A stretch of DNA of 64,000 nucleotides. Origin: a candidate division FCPU426 bacterium. Its GTDB lineage: Bacteria > Oederibacteriota > JAAXVQ01 > JAUVAV01. The position numbers were made by a program, and so were the translations under genes. Shown piece after piece: positions 26,168-36,565 of the stretch. The notes beneath the pieces were generated by a model. That model saw nothing but the letters and a program-made list of their open reading frames with translations, made no database searches and had not been told where the DNA came from. Positions within the stretch are counted from its first letter, which is position 1. Every line of letters begins with the position of its first letter. The stretch spans positions 831,078-895,077 of the forward strand of contig JBFLYH010000002.1 of the NCBI GenBank assembly GCA_040756875.1, in the 5' to 3' direction.

Positions 26168-29083
26168 ATGCTGCTCATGAAAAGAAAGTGGCTGAGCCTG
26201 ATGCACGGGTGTCTGCTGGCCTGCCTGCTGGCAGCGGGCGGGAGCGCGGTTGCGTCCGCCGCGGACGACGAGAAGCAGCCGCCCTCCCCGGCCTGGGGCG
26301 GCCAACCGGTCAAGCGCACCTGGGGCTCGCCGGACAGCCAGGAGGAATTCGAGGAGCAGGTTCGGGAGCGCGCCGAGGAGGGCGGCGAGCTGCTTACCGC
26401 CCCATTGGCGGTTGACGAGGAGCCGACGGCTGCACCCACGTCCGCGTCCACGCCTGTTCCCGCGCCAGCGGTTCGCACTCCCCTGATCAAGCAGTACATT
26501 TACAAGCCCAAGGACTCCCCGCCGCCGGCGCCAGAACCCGAGGAAGGCGTGGAGCTGGACACCGCGCCCCTGGCCGGTTCCGAAGGGCCGGAGCAGCGGG
26601 TGATTTCGCTGCAGGCGCGGCTGGACCGGAACCCAGTGCATTTGGACGAGAGCTTTGCGCTGGTGGTGGAGATCCTGGCCGCGGACCTCGACCGCCTGCC
26701 CCCTGTCAAGCCCCCTCGCCTGCCGGAACTGAATCTGATCAACACCTACCAATCGCAAACGAGGATCGTGCGCCAGGGAACCGGCTGGTGGCTGAAAACC
26801 CAAGGGTTCGTCTATTTGGCCCGGCGTCCCGGCCGGTTCACGCTTCCGGGGATAAGCATGACCGCCGGCGGCCGGACGTACAGAACGCCAAACCTGGAGA
26901 TCGAAGTCGAAGGGTCGCGCAGCGGGCAAAGCTACCGCTCGCCGCTCTCCGGCGAACGGTACCAGCAGGGCGCGATCGTCCCCGGCGCCCCGGACATCGG
27001 CCACCTGGGCGAGCAAACCGGAGGAGCAGAGAGCGAATTTTTCGCCCGCCTGTCCGCGGCCAAGGCTTACGTCAATCAGGAAATCATCCTGACCGTGCAC
27101 CTGACGTATACAGTGGGCGAACGCACATCCGTGACCTACCGCCCGCCTGAAGCCGCGGGGTTTCTCATCGAGGAGCTGCCCGAGGAAAAAGCCGAGGAAC
27201 TGGTTTCCGGCGCCAGGCAGCGGAGCGTCGCGCACAAGTACCGGATGGCGCTGTTCGCCGTACGGCCCGGTGCCTTGACCATCGGCCCGGCGCAAGCCAT
27301 CTTTACCGACGCGGGCAGCAGCCGCACCCTGCAAACCGAACCCCTGGTGGTGGATATCACAGCCCTGCCGCCGGACCCCGAAGCACCGGACGCCGGCGGC
27401 CTGGTGGGCCGGTTCCAGCTGGAGCCGGATGTGCTGGAGATGCCTCGCGTGGGCAGTCCGGCCCGCGTCAGCCTGCGGCTCAGCGGGCAAGGCAACCTGC
27501 GGGCAGCGCCCGAACCCGCCTGGTCCGTGCCCAGCGGCTGCCGGTTGTTCCTGGAGAACCGGCAGGACGAATTGCAGCCGCAAGCCGAAGGGTTGTTCGG
27601 CACGCGGACGTATGCCTATTGGCTGATCTGCGACCAGCCCGGCGCCTTGCGGCTGGGGCCGGCCCGGATCCGCTATTTTGACCTGGGGCGAAAACAATGG
27701 TCCGAGGCCACAGCCGAGCTTCCGGTCCTGACTGTCGCCCCCAAGCCCGAAGCCGCCGCGGTCAAGGTTTCCTCGGCGGCAGCCCGGAAACTGAGTTTGA
27801 ATCCGGACCGCAGCAGCACCCGGCCGCTGCGCCCGGCGCCGCCCTGGAAATTGGCGACGCTGGGGTTCTGGGCCTGGCAGGGCATCGGGCCCGCGCTCCT
27901 GGGGATGTTATGGTGGGGGCGGCGCCAGCGAGAACGGGCGCGGGCCGAGGCCTCGACCTTGCGCGTCCGCCGCGCCTATGCCCAGGCCCGCAAGGCGCTG
28001 CGCCTGCTAAAGGGCTACATCCGCCGCCGCGAAGACCAGAAATTCTACGACGGCGTGGCCAGGACTGCGGCCGAGTACCTCTCAGCCAAATTAAACCAGC
28101 CCAGCGTGTTCGTCAACCTGGACCGCCTGCCGGATTTTTTCGGTCCGTACCACGTGCCGCCGGAATTATTGTCGCGTTTCCGCATTGCCTTGACGGCCAT
28201 TGAATACGTCCGGTACGCAGCCGTGGTCCTGCCCAACAAGGACATGGAATCCCTGAGGCAGGACCTGGAAAACGCAGTCGAGCAATTCGAGAAATTTTGG
28301 CAGAGCCGGCAGCGGTCGCAGCCGCGTCCGCCGTTGGCGCCCTGGGCAGGGTTGCTCCTGGTGGCGGTCTGTGCGCAGGCGGCCTGGGGGCAGGAGGAGG
28401 AATTGCGCCGCCTGCGGGGCGCCACGCTGGCCGAGCAGGGCGATTTGGCGGGGGCCGAGGCCGAATACCGGGCGATCCTGAACCTGGGCGTGACGGATCC
28501 GGAAGTGTTTTACAACCTGGGCAATGTTTATCTGCGGCAGGGAAAAGTCGGTCCCGCGGTTTTAGCTTACGAACGGGGCTTGCGCCTGGCACCCCGCGAC
28601 CCGGATTTAAAGCACAATTTAAAACAGGCCGAGGAACTTGTGGCCCAAATGTCGGAAGCGCCGCAGCCAAGAGACCCGGGTTGGGGAGGAGGCCTGTACC
28701 GGGCGGCCACGGCCAATGAACTTGCGGTCATGGCTTCTGTCTTCTATTATTTAATGCTGTTGCTGGTGGGGTTGAGAGGGTGGTGGCCGAAAAAATTCGG
28801 CCGCTTCCTCTGGGGCGTCTGGCTGGGAGCGGGGCTGGCGGTTGCTTTCGGCCTGTGGAGCGCGGCCCGGCAGTTTGAACCGCGTTGGCACAAACAAGGG
28901 GTGGTTTTGGTAGCCGGCGCGAGCGTCCATAGCCGGCCTTACACCCAGGCCGAGACCCTGTATGCCTTGCCCGAGGGGACGAGGGTCAGGGTTCGGGCCG
29001 AGGAAGAGGCTTGGGTCGAAATCGACTTCGCGCCGCACCAGCAGGGCTGGATCAGCCGCAGCGCGGTGGGCTGGATCGAATGA
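26168..29083 (+). CDS. batD: BatD-BatE fusion (BatD Ig-like repeats, TM, TPR, SH3)
   Basis: Signal peptide from ATG 26168/26177; BatD repeats (PGRFTLP, AYVNQEIIL, LSGQGNL); TPR YNLGNVYLRQG…YERGLRL; SH3 tail WVEIDF…GWI. Confidence 0.85.
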   Translation: MLLMKRKWLSLMHGCLLACLLAAGGSAVASAADDEKQPPSPAWGGQPVKRTWGSPDSQEEFEEQVRERAEEGGELLTAPLAVDEEPTAAPTSASTPVPAPAVRTPLIKQYIYKPKDSPPPAPEPEEGVELDTAPLAGSEGPEQRVISLQARLDRNPVHLDESFALVVEILAADLDRLPPVKPPRLPELNLINTYQSQTRIVRQGTGWWLKTQGFVYLARRPGRFTLPGISMTAGGRTYRTPNLEIEVEGSRSGQSYRSPLSGERYQQGAIVPGAPDIGHLGEQTGGAESEFFARLSAAKAYVNQEIILTVHLTYTVGERTSVTYRPPEAAGFLIEELPEEKAEELVSGARQRSVAHKYRMALFAVRPGALTIGPAQAIFTDAGSSRTLQTEPLVVDITALPPDPEAPDAGGLVGRFQLEPDVLEMPRVGSPARVSLRLSGQGNLRAAPEPAWSVPSGCRLFLENRQDELQPQAEGLFGTRTYAYWLICDQPGALRLGPARIRYFDLGRKQWSEATAELPVLTVAPKPEAAAVKVSSAAARKLSLNPDRSSTRPLRPAPPWKLATLGFWAWQGIGPALLGMLWWGRRQRERARAEASTLRVRRAYAQARKALRLLKGYIRRREDQKFYDGVARTAAEYLSAKLNQPSVFVNLDRLPDFFGPYHVPPELLSRFRIALTAIEYVRYAAVVLPNKDMESLRQDLENAVEQFEKFWQSRQRSQPRPPLAPWAGLLLVAVCAQAAWGQEEELRRLRGATLAEQGDLAGAEAEYRAILNLGVTDPEVFYNLGNVYLRQGKVGPAVLAYERGLRLAPRDPDLKHNLKQAEELVAQMSEAPQPRDPGWGGGLYRAATANELAVMASVFYYLMLLLVGLRGWWPKKFGRFLWGVWLGAGLAVAFGLWSAARQFEPRWHKQGVVLVAGASVHSRPYTQAETLYALPEGTRVRVRAEEEAWVEIDFAPHQQGWISRSAVGWIE

Positions 29084-29154
29084 ATTACCCCGCGATTAAT
29101 CGCGGGATTTTCAATATCATGCTCCCTTATCCCCGCCCTGAAAGGCGGGATTTC
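29081..29154. mobile_element. Miniature IS200/IS605-type palindromic element (two end hairpins, no ORF)
   Basis: CCCGCGATTAATCGCGGG (29089-29106) and CCCGCC-CTGAAA-GGCGGG (29132-29149), each followed by ATTT. Confidence 0.55.
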
Positions 29155-29196
29155 TAAAAAGCGAAAAGGTATGAACAGGCAAAAGGAGGAGCGAAG

Positions 29197-29721
29197 ATGA
29201 AAACAGCGGATCTGAAGGGCACTTTGGTCCGGGTGGCAGAGCAAATGGTGCTTGCCGCCACTACGGCGCCCAAAGGGCGGGGCCTGATGTTCCTGGAAGC
29301 AGCGATCATGGAGCGCGACGACATTCTCCGCCTGGCTGGCGAGATGGAGAAAATCGGAAACGAACAGAACGCGGCCGCTTTTACAAGGGACGCCGGTAAT
29401 TTGCGCGAGCATGTCCAGGTGGCGGTATTGCTGGGCACGCGCTTTCAAACCCTGGGCCTCAAATACTGCGGCTTGTGCGGTTTCGTCAACTGCGCGGACA
29501 ACGAAGCCCACAGCGGCATTTGCGTCTTCAATCCCGGCGATTTGGGCATTGCCCTTGGCTCGGCGGTTTCCGTGGCCGCCCAAGCCCACGTGGACAACCG
29601 CATTATGTACACCATGGGTATGGCTGCGCTTTCCCTGCAGTTGTTGGGGCCAGAGGTGCGGCTGGCTTTTGGGATTCCCTTAGCCGCCACCCACAAGAAC
29701 CCGTTTTTCGACCGCAAGTGA
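29197..29721 (+). CDS. DUF2148 ferredoxin-domain-containing protein
   Basis: AATTAPKGRG; CGLCGFVNC; DLGIALGSAVSVA…DNRIMYTMG…KNPFFDR. Confidence 0.9.
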   Translation: MKTADLKGTLVRVAEQMVLAATTAPKGRGLMFLEAAIMERDDILRLAGEMEKIGNEQNAAAFTRDAGNLREHVQVAVLLGTRFQTLGLKYCGLCGFVNCADNEAHSGICVFNPGDLGIALGSAVSVAAQAHVDNRIMYTMGMAALSLQLLGPEVRLAFGIPLAATHKNPFFDRK

Positions 29722-29846
29722 AAAGGCCGCGCGGACTCGCGGGCGGCGGGGTCTAAAGAACACAGCGTATTACCGGCCGACCCGGGGACGAGCCGGCGGT
29801 CAGAACCCGCCAGCGGGCGGATAAAAACCAGAAAGGAGCAAGTGCC

Positions 29847-30056
29847 ATGAAGAAGAACATGGGAACTGCGGATCGGGTCATTCGCACGTTGTTGGCCATT
29901 GTAATAGGAGTGCTGTATTTTACCAATGTGGTCGGCGGCACGCTGGGATTGGTGCTGTTGATCTTGGCCGTTGTGTTTCTGCTGACCAGCCTGTTTAGTT
30001 TTTGCCCGTTATACGCGCTGTTCGGCATCAGCACCTGCCCGGCGCCGAAGTCCTGA
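29847..30056 (+). CDS. DUF2892 (YgaP-like) small membrane protein
   Basis: MKKNMGTADRVIR…FCPLYALFGISTC; AAGGAG RBS. Confidence 0.92.
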   Translation: MKKNMGTADRVIRTLLAIVIGVLYFTNVVGGTLGLVLLILAVVFLLTSLFSFCPLYALFGISTCPAPKS

Positions 30057-30228
30057 CCGCCAGAGCGGCCAGCCCCACGGCCGGAGCGCGAGCAAACCGC
30101 TTGCGCTCCAGCTTTTTTCTGCCCGCCCAAAAAACCGTTGACGCGCCGCTTTTTTCCGGCAAAGATGGAAAACGCATTCACCCGCGCGCAAACTCAGCTG
30201 AACCCGTTGCCAGCCAAGGAGGCCATCG

Positions 30229-31593
30229 ATGCCCGCTAAATGCCAGCCTGCCACGCCTGCAATTCCGCCCCGAGAGGAAGGACTGTCCCTGGGCTTGCGC
30301 CTGTTTGTGATCGCGTTTTTGGCGGCGGCTCTGCTGATCCCATCGTTTCTCGTCAACCTGCTCGTGGACGAGCGCAACCGCCGCAAAGAGCAGGTGGTGT
30401 ACGAAGTGGCGGACCAGTGGTCCGGCGGTGGACAAATCTTGACCGCCCCGGTGCTGACGCTGCCTTATCGCTATGATTATCAGGACGAGAAGGGGCAGGC
30501 CCAGCATGAAGTCCGTTACGCCCACTTTCTGCCCGACAAGCTCTGGATCCAGGGGAAAATGGCGCCGGAAATCAGGTACCGCGGCATCTATCGCGTCGCG
30601 CTGTACCAGGCGGAATTGGTGGTCAGCGGACGCTTCTCCCGGCCGGATGTGGCGGCGCTCAACCTGGATCCGAACCGGGTTTTATGGAGGGACGCGTTCC
30701 TCACCCTGGGCTTGGCGAACACCAAAGGCCTGCAGGAGCAGGTTTACCTGACCTGGAACCAGAGCCCCATCCAAGCCGAACCCGGCGTGCTGTGCAAGGA
30801 CGTGGTGGAAGCGGGCATTACCGTCAGAGTGCCGGTCACGCCCGGCCCGGACGCGTACGACTTTATGTTTCCTCTCAAGCACAGCGGGCATGATTACCTG
30901 TCTTTCGTGCCGCTGGGAAAAATCACCGAGGTCAAGCTGGAGGCGCCCTGGGGCGATCCCAGCTTCATCGGCGCCTTTTTGCCGGACGAACGCCAAATCC
31001 AGCCCAACCGCTTCGCCGCCCGCTGGCAGGTGATCGACCTGAACCGCAATTTTCCCCAGCAGTGGCTCGGTTCCGGACAGCAGGTGGGAGCGGCCAGCTT
31101 CGGTGTGCGCTTGTTCCAGCCTGTGGACCACTACCAAAAGACCACCCGCACCACCAAATACGCGGTCATGTTTATCGGGCTGACCTTCCTGGCGCTGTTT
31201 CTGCTCGATGTGCTGGGTCGCGCCGGCCAGCGCCAAGTCCATCCGGTCCAATACCTGCTCATCGGCATGGCCCTGGTGGTTTTCTATGTCCTGCTGTTGT
31301 CGCTCTCCGAGCACATCGGGTTCGGCTGGGCCTACCTGGCGGCGAGCGCGGGCATCATAGCGCAAATTGCGCTGTATACCAAGAGCGTGCTGGCCAATGG
31401 GCGCCAGACCGGCCTGATCGGAATCATCCTGGCCGTGTTGTACGCCTACCTGTATATTGTTCTGCAGCTGGAGGATTACGCCCTGTTGATCGGCAGCCTC
31501 AGTCTGTTTGCCGTGATCGGGGTCGTCATGTATCTGACGCGGAAAGTGGATTGGTCCAGCCTGGGCAAAACCACGGTTACGCTCAAGCCGTAA
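30229..31593 (+). CDS. creD: Inner membrane protein CreD
   Basis: EIRYRGIY; PSFIGAFLP; SFGVRLFQPVDHYQKTTRTTKY; VHPVQYLLIG; LLLSLSEHIGF; MYLTRKVDW. Confidence 0.95.
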   Translation: MPAKCQPATPAIPPREEGLSLGLRLFVIAFLAAALLIPSFLVNLLVDERNRRKEQVVYEVADQWSGGGQILTAPVLTLPYRYDYQDEKGQAQHEVRYAHFLPDKLWIQGKMAPEIRYRGIYRVALYQAELVVSGRFSRPDVAALNLDPNRVLWRDAFLTLGLANTKGLQEQVYLTWNQSPIQAEPGVLCKDVVEAGITVRVPVTPGPDAYDFMFPLKHSGHDYLSFVPLGKITEVKLEAPWGDPSFIGAFLPDERQIQPNRFAARWQVIDLNRNFPQQWLGSGQQVGAASFGVRLFQPVDHYQKTTRTTKYAVMFIGLTFLALFLLDVLGRAGQRQVHPVQYLLIGMALVVFYVLLLSLSEHIGFGWAYLAASAGIIAQIALYTKSVLANGRQTGLIGIILAVLYAYLYIVLQLEDYALLIGSLSLFAVIGVVMYLTRKVDWSSLGKTTVTLKP

Positions 31594-31769
31594 ACATCGT
31601 CTAGCTGCATACAGGGCGAGCCCGGATCGAAACAGAAACATGTAATAAACCACGCCCAATAAACGTCCTACCTAAGACAAAACCGGAACGAGTATACTAT
31701 TTTTGCTTGCTTTAAGCGGTGACATCAGGTATACAAAAAAATGTGCAAAAGCGCCGGTAGGGATCAAGC

Positions 31770-33092
31770 ATGGCAAAATTAGGCATTTATATTTCCATAT
31801 CTCTTTCCTTCGTCCTTCCCTTGGCAACGGGTACAATCGTCAACGCCTCGATGCCGGCAAATGGTTATGAATATTGGTTTGACGATTTTGAAGGCATGCC
31901 CGGCGACCAACCTTCCAAATGGCAGGACCGCACTCAAAATCCGGCGTTTAGTTCGGAAATAACCTACGACAGCATTTCGTCCTTTGCCGTGGTTTCTCCC
32001 ACGGCGGATACGATCGAGCAGTTTAAAATCATACGCTCGGAGAATATCACCTGCGATACGACGTTCTATGACACGCTGGAGATCCGTGTGCCGGATATTT
32101 ATTATCCTGCAGCCACGCAGTGGACGATCGGGTTGCACGAAGGCGGATATGCAAATTATTTCAGTCTGCACAAACCGAGCGGGGCGACCGGGACGTTTGC
32201 CTTTGATTTTTTGCGCGATCTCGGATGGAGCGGGATAAAGACGTTTTATATCGAAGCCAGGGTCACGGCCGATCCCAGTGATTATTTCAAAATGGATTAT
32301 GTCCGTGTCTTTCATAATGCGACCGACAAAGTATATTTATGGAGGGAAGAATTCAACGGAGAAATCGCCCTGGCCTGCAAAAACTGGTGGGATGAAAACG
32401 AAGACAGCACGCTGAATGCCACCATTAGCCCGGATCCCACGCAAACGTACGCCCAAATCCAAATTGTCGGTCCTGAAATATTCGGAAAAGTAATAACACC
32501 GGGCGTGTATTGGAATCCTTCCAAATACAGCCGGGTATCGCTGGGGGTGGTTTCGATTTCTCCCAACACCGAGTGTACGGTGGAAGTGATCGATTTGATC
32601 ACCTATCAACATGCCACCCTGGGAACCATCACCCAGGAAGGGACATACGACTTCAATGTTTTCGAGGCGCCGGGCTGGAAATGGACCCAGGAAGAATTGC
32701 TCGCGATCCAGGTTTGGGTCAGCGCGGATCAGAGCGGGAAAAACTGCCTGATCGACTACATCCGCATTTATTCGTTCAAGGAGACCACGCCCACTCCCAC
32801 CCCCGATATAACGCCGTACTTTCCAGAGGGCGGATATGCCAGGCCGAATCCCTTCCTGCCCACCAGGGGGCAAAAAGCGTCTTTTAATTTCCGCCTCCCT
32901 CAGGCGGGTGCGGCTTACACCATCCGTATTTTCAATACCCGTGGCCGGCTGGTGCGGACGCTGGGGACGTCCTCGCGGCCGGAATGGGACGGCAGGGACG
33001 AAATGGGAAATATTTGCGAGGGCGGAATTTATTTTTATCAGATCGAGTCAGGCGGGTGGCGCATCAATGGACAGGTGGTACTGATTAAATGA
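31770..33092 (+). CDS. Secreted protein with two tandem jelly-roll/CBM-like repeats, PT linker and FlgD-Ig/T9SS-type CTD
   Basis: Signal peptide; repeats WFDDFEG…MDYVRVF and WREEFNG…IDYIRIY; TPTPTP; PNPF…IFNTRGRLVRTL…WDGRDEMG…GIYFYQI…VVLIK. Confidence 0.8.
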   Translation: MAKLGIYISISLSFVLPLATGTIVNASMPANGYEYWFDDFEGMPGDQPSKWQDRTQNPAFSSEITYDSISSFAVVSPTADTIEQFKIIRSENITCDTTFYDTLEIRVPDIYYPAATQWTIGLHEGGYANYFSLHKPSGATGTFAFDFLRDLGWSGIKTFYIEARVTADPSDYFKMDYVRVFHNATDKVYLWREEFNGEIALACKNWWDENEDSTLNATISPDPTQTYAQIQIVGPEIFGKVITPGVYWNPSKYSRVSLGVVSISPNTECTVEVIDLITYQHATLGTITQEGTYDFNVFEAPGWKWTQEELLAIQVWVSADQSGKNCLIDYIRIYSFKETTPTPTPDITPYFPEGGYARPNPFLPTRGQKASFNFRLPQAGAAYTIRIFNTRGRLVRTLGTSSRPEWDGRDEMGNICEGGIYFYQIESGGWRINGQVVLIK

Positions 33093-35275
33093 GGCGGCGG
33101 ATGAAAACGGAGAGCCGGTTCGTCTTTCGGTGTATCGCAGCCGGCGCCCGGCGGATCGGCACGGCGGCCCTTTTGCTGGCTTGGGCGGGTTCAGCCTTTG
33201 CCTATTTCCAGGATGCGGTGGATGGCGTGCGGCCCGCGGGCATGGGCGAAGCCTTTACCGGCGTGGCTGACGATGTCAACGCCATCCTGTTCAATCCCGC
33301 GGGGCTGGCGCAACTCCGGCAGATCGAAATCAATGGCATGTATTCCGATTTGTTTTCAGGTTTGCATACGCGGCTGTATAACGGGCAATTCGACCATGTC
33401 GGCTATAATTATCTTTCCGTGGCCGTGCCCATCGCCCCCTCGTTAGGGACCGTGGCCGCAGGCTGGGCGCAACTTCATTCGGTGTTTTATAAGGAAAACA
33501 CGTTTATTTTATCGTTCGGCCGCAGCATCTGGGCGCCTTACACCATGGCACTGGGAATCGAAGTCAGCGCCGGCGTCAATCTTAAAGGCTTGCACTGGCA
33601 AGTGGAACCCAACGAATATACCACCAATCCAGATTACTTTCCTTTCGGTGAAAAATACAAAGCGGCGTTTACCGCTGACGCTGGAGTGCTGGCGGCAGTG
33701 GGAGAAACCCTGCGGGTGGGAGCGAGCGTCGATAACATCATTCCCGCCGATGTAGGCTTGGCGGTCCATGAGCAGGTGCCCGTGGTTGTCAGGGCGGGGG
33801 GGAGTTATCGTTGGCCGTGGCGCTGCTGGTCCATGGACTCTTTATTGACGGCGGTGGAAGTGACGGCACGCAATCGGATTTACATACCCAAGGCCGGTGT
33901 CGAATCCTGGTGGTTCAACGAACGTCTGGGAGTCCGGGCGGGGATTCATACCGAAGGGGTAACCGCCGGATTGAGCATCCGCGAGCGGATACCCGAATCC
34001 CCCTTGGGCATTCAGCTGGACTATGCCTTCGCCTATCCTTTCTATGTCGCGGACACCCTGGGGTCCCATCGCGTCGGTTTTCTACTGAGGTGGGATCCGG
34101 CCCCCGTTCTCCCGCCGCCATCGCAATCACCGCTACAGCTGCCCGACGTCTACTTGATTCCCAAAATGCAACTGGCAACGGCGCTCGTGCAAGCGATTAA
34201 CGATGCATCTCAGACCGCCCAGGACCTAGCGGATCGAGCGGAACAGGTGGCCACGGAAACCAGGACGCTGGCCTCCCCCGAAGCCGCCAGCAGAGCGGCC
34301 GCTGAAACCGCCAAACTTACCGAGGCCGCGCAGCAGGTTCGGACCCTTGCCGAGCAGGCGGCGGCACTGGCCAGTCGCATGGCAAAGCTGCGCCAGTTGG
34401 CGGAGGCGGAAGCCGTTTTGAATGAATTGCAAATGATTGAGCAAACAGCCAGCCGCAGGACAACGGAATTAGGCAGGACGCTGGACGAGGTTTACACCGC
34501 GCGTTATTTTGTACCCGAAAAAGACCGAAATACCATTGTCGTCGGCATACAAACCGAAATTTTTTCGGATTTCGGGCCGCGGGAGCAAATCGACCCGAAG
34601 CTGATGATATTGAGAACATATCTTGAAGCGGAAACCGGGATGAAGATCGAATTTCGCGAATACAATATTGACAATCTTAAAAACGATTTCATTCATGGTT
34701 ATATCGATGTTTTGGCCGCCTATTCAGCGGTGTTGCAACCCTATGTGGAATATCAATCGCTTAAGCCGATTGCGACCATTCAGACCAAAGGCCAAACCAG
34801 CCAACCCTGCTGTTTGTTTGCGGCCAATGACCAACCGTTCGCCCGGCCCGAAGATTTGAAAGACAAACGGTTGGGATATTTCCACTCGGAAATCCTTCCG
34901 CACATCAAGGAATATTTTTATCCCGCGAGTGGGCTTTATAACAATCTTCATTATTTTAGAAACACCTTTAAATTCAAAAACGGTCCGGATGCCTTGGGTG
35001 CACTGCAAATGAAAGGCGTGGATGCCATCGTGGGGTTCGCTTATATGCTGAAAATAGCGGACAATCTCAATGCGGAATATCCCATTGGCATTAAATGCAT
35101 TGCGAAATCAAAGCTGATCCCCAATCAACCGCTCTATTACCGCCCGTCGAGAAATCCGGTGAAACAGCAGCAAATGAATCTGTTGGCGGATGCCCTGTTG
35201 CGTTTTCACGAGAATCCCGCGGCGGAGTCTTTCTTGAATTACTTCGGAATCGACCGCTTTGTGCCGGTCCAGTAA
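33089..35275 (+). CDS. PorV-family barrel fused via an Ala/Glu-rich coiled coil to a PhnD/SsuA-like substrate-binding domain
   Basis: GVRPAGMGEAFTGVADDVNAILFNPAGLA; barrel ends DYAFAYP…LGSHRVGFLLRW; coiled coil; YLEAETGMKIEF, DLKDKRLGY, KGVDAIVG, SKLIPNQP, FGIDRFVP. Confidence 0.78.
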   Translation: MRRRMKTESRFVFRCIAAGARRIGTAALLLAWAGSAFAYFQDAVDGVRPAGMGEAFTGVADDVNAILFNPAGLAQLRQIEINGMYSDLFSGLHTRLYNGQFDHVGYNYLSVAVPIAPSLGTVAAGWAQLHSVFYKENTFILSFGRSIWAPYTMALGIEVSAGVNLKGLHWQVEPNEYTTNPDYFPFGEKYKAAFTADAGVLAAVGETLRVGASVDNIIPADVGLAVHEQVPVVVRAGGSYRWPWRCWSMDSLLTAVEVTARNRIYIPKAGVESWWFNERLGVRAGIHTEGVTAGLSIRERIPESPLGIQLDYAFAYPFYVADTLGSHRVGFLLRWDPAPVLPPPSQSPLQLPDVYLIPKMQLATALVQAINDASQTAQDLADRAEQVATETRTLASPEAASRAAAETAKLTEAAQQVRTLAEQAAALASRMAKLRQLAEAEAVLNELQMIEQTASRRTTELGRTLDEVYTARYFVPEKDRNTIVVGIQTEIFSDFGPREQIDPKLMILRTYLEAETGMKIEFREYNIDNLKNDFIHGYIDVLAAYSAVLQPYVEYQSLKPIATIQTKGQTSQPCCLFAANDQPFARPEDLKDKRLGYFHSEILPHIKEYFYPASGLYNNLHYFRNTFKFKNGPDALGALQMKGVDAIVGFAYMLKIADNLNAEYPIGIKCIAKSKLIPNQPLYYRPSRNPVKQQQMNLLADALLRFHENPAAESFLNYFGIDRFVPVQ

Positions 35276-35287
35276 AAGGATGAAGGA

Positions 35288-36565
35288 ATGAGTGCGAGCA
35301 TCATGGTTAGAAAGCATTGGCCGGTGATCGTCGGCGGAGTCATCCTAGGCATGACCTTGTCCGCCGTGGGTGTCATATGGATGAATATCAGGGATTTCGA
35401 GCGTCAGCGTAATCGCGAACACTTTGATCTGGCGCAGAACATCGCCCGGACGTCCATGGTGTTCATTAACAACTTGCAGTACGATTATTTCCATCAAATC
35501 ATCAGACTGTTGACCCAGATCTCCTTTATTCCCTACATGGATGTCAATCTCGAAGGCAAGACCGTCCTGCGCAGCGGCTTGGCGCCGGAGCGGTTTCCGT
35601 CATGGCCGGAACGCGCCGCCGACTCGTGGGTCCATTTGGACGCGAAGCAAAATCTGGTGTTTGTTCAGCAGCCGCTGGAACTGAAAGGCGTCAGGAACGC
35701 GGAATTGCGCATGGTATTTTCGCAGGCCGGATTTCAGCAGTCCAAGCAGATGATCGGATATGCCATTGTTTTAATCCTCGTCCTGTTGAGTCTGACCCTC
35801 TTTTTCATGTCTCTGCTGGCCCGTGCCCACCTGGCTCTGGCCCAGGCGGAGAAAAACAAGTCGGAAATGATCCGCCGCATTGCCCACGACGCCAAACAGG
35901 AATTGACGGTCATTGTCGGAAAAACCGCGGTCAATCTGAGCAGACTGAAAAAAGGCCCCGGCAACGAGCAGTTGGAACGGGATTTGAAGCTGACGCAGGA
36001 GAGCGCCGAGTCCATCGAAAATTATCTGAACAACTTGAACGACCAGAGCAAACTCGCCGCCGGACAGACTGAAATCATTGCCGCGGACATCGATATTGTC
36101 AAAGTCATCAGAAACGTTTTGGAAAGCCACGCCGAAACCGTGGCGCAGTACGGTTTGAAATTCATTTTTGAACCGGCCGCCGCCCCTTGCCGCGCCTGGG
36201 CTGATCCGCACGCCGTCAAACGGGTCCTGGTCAACCTGATCCACAATGCCATCAAGTATTCAAGCCCCGGTAGCGTGATCGAGATCAAAGTCGAAACCAA
36301 CGGCTTATGGCAGAAATTATTCGTCCGCGACCAGGGCGCGGGCATTGCCCCGGAAAACTGGGAAAAAATCTTTGAACCGTATGTTCAAATCGATCCCAAA
36401 GGCAAAGGCATGGGGCTTGGCTTGACGAATGCCAGGCAATTGATCCGGCGTTTGGGAGGCGAACTGAAAGTGATCGCGAGCCAAAAGGGCAGGGGAACGA
36501 CTTTTGCATTCACGCTTCCCATCCACGAGATGTCAACCCCGGTCACGGAAGGAAGGGCGACATGA
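35288..36565 (+). CDS. Membrane sensor histidine kinase
   Basis: Two TM helices around a periplasmic domain; IAHDAKQELT H-box; NLIHNAIKYS; DQGAGI; IFEPY; GMGLGL. Confidence 0.93.
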   Translation: MSASIMVRKHWPVIVGGVILGMTLSAVGVIWMNIRDFERQRNREHFDLAQNIARTSMVFINNLQYDYFHQIIRLLTQISFIPYMDVNLEGKTVLRSGLAPERFPSWPERAADSWVHLDAKQNLVFVQQPLELKGVRNAELRMVFSQAGFQQSKQMIGYAIVLILVLLSLTLFFMSLLARAHLALAQAEKNKSEMIRRIAHDAKQELTVIVGKTAVNLSRLKKGPGNEQLERDLKLTQESAESIENYLNNLNDQSKLAAGQTEIIAADIDIVKVIRNVLESHAETVAQYGLKFIFEPAAAPCRAWADPHAVKRVLVNLIHNAIKYSSPGSVIEIKVETNGLWQKLFVRDQGAGIAPENWEKIFEPYVQIDPKGKGMGLGLTNARQLIRRLGGELKVIASQKGRGTTFAFTLPIHEMSTPVTEGRAT

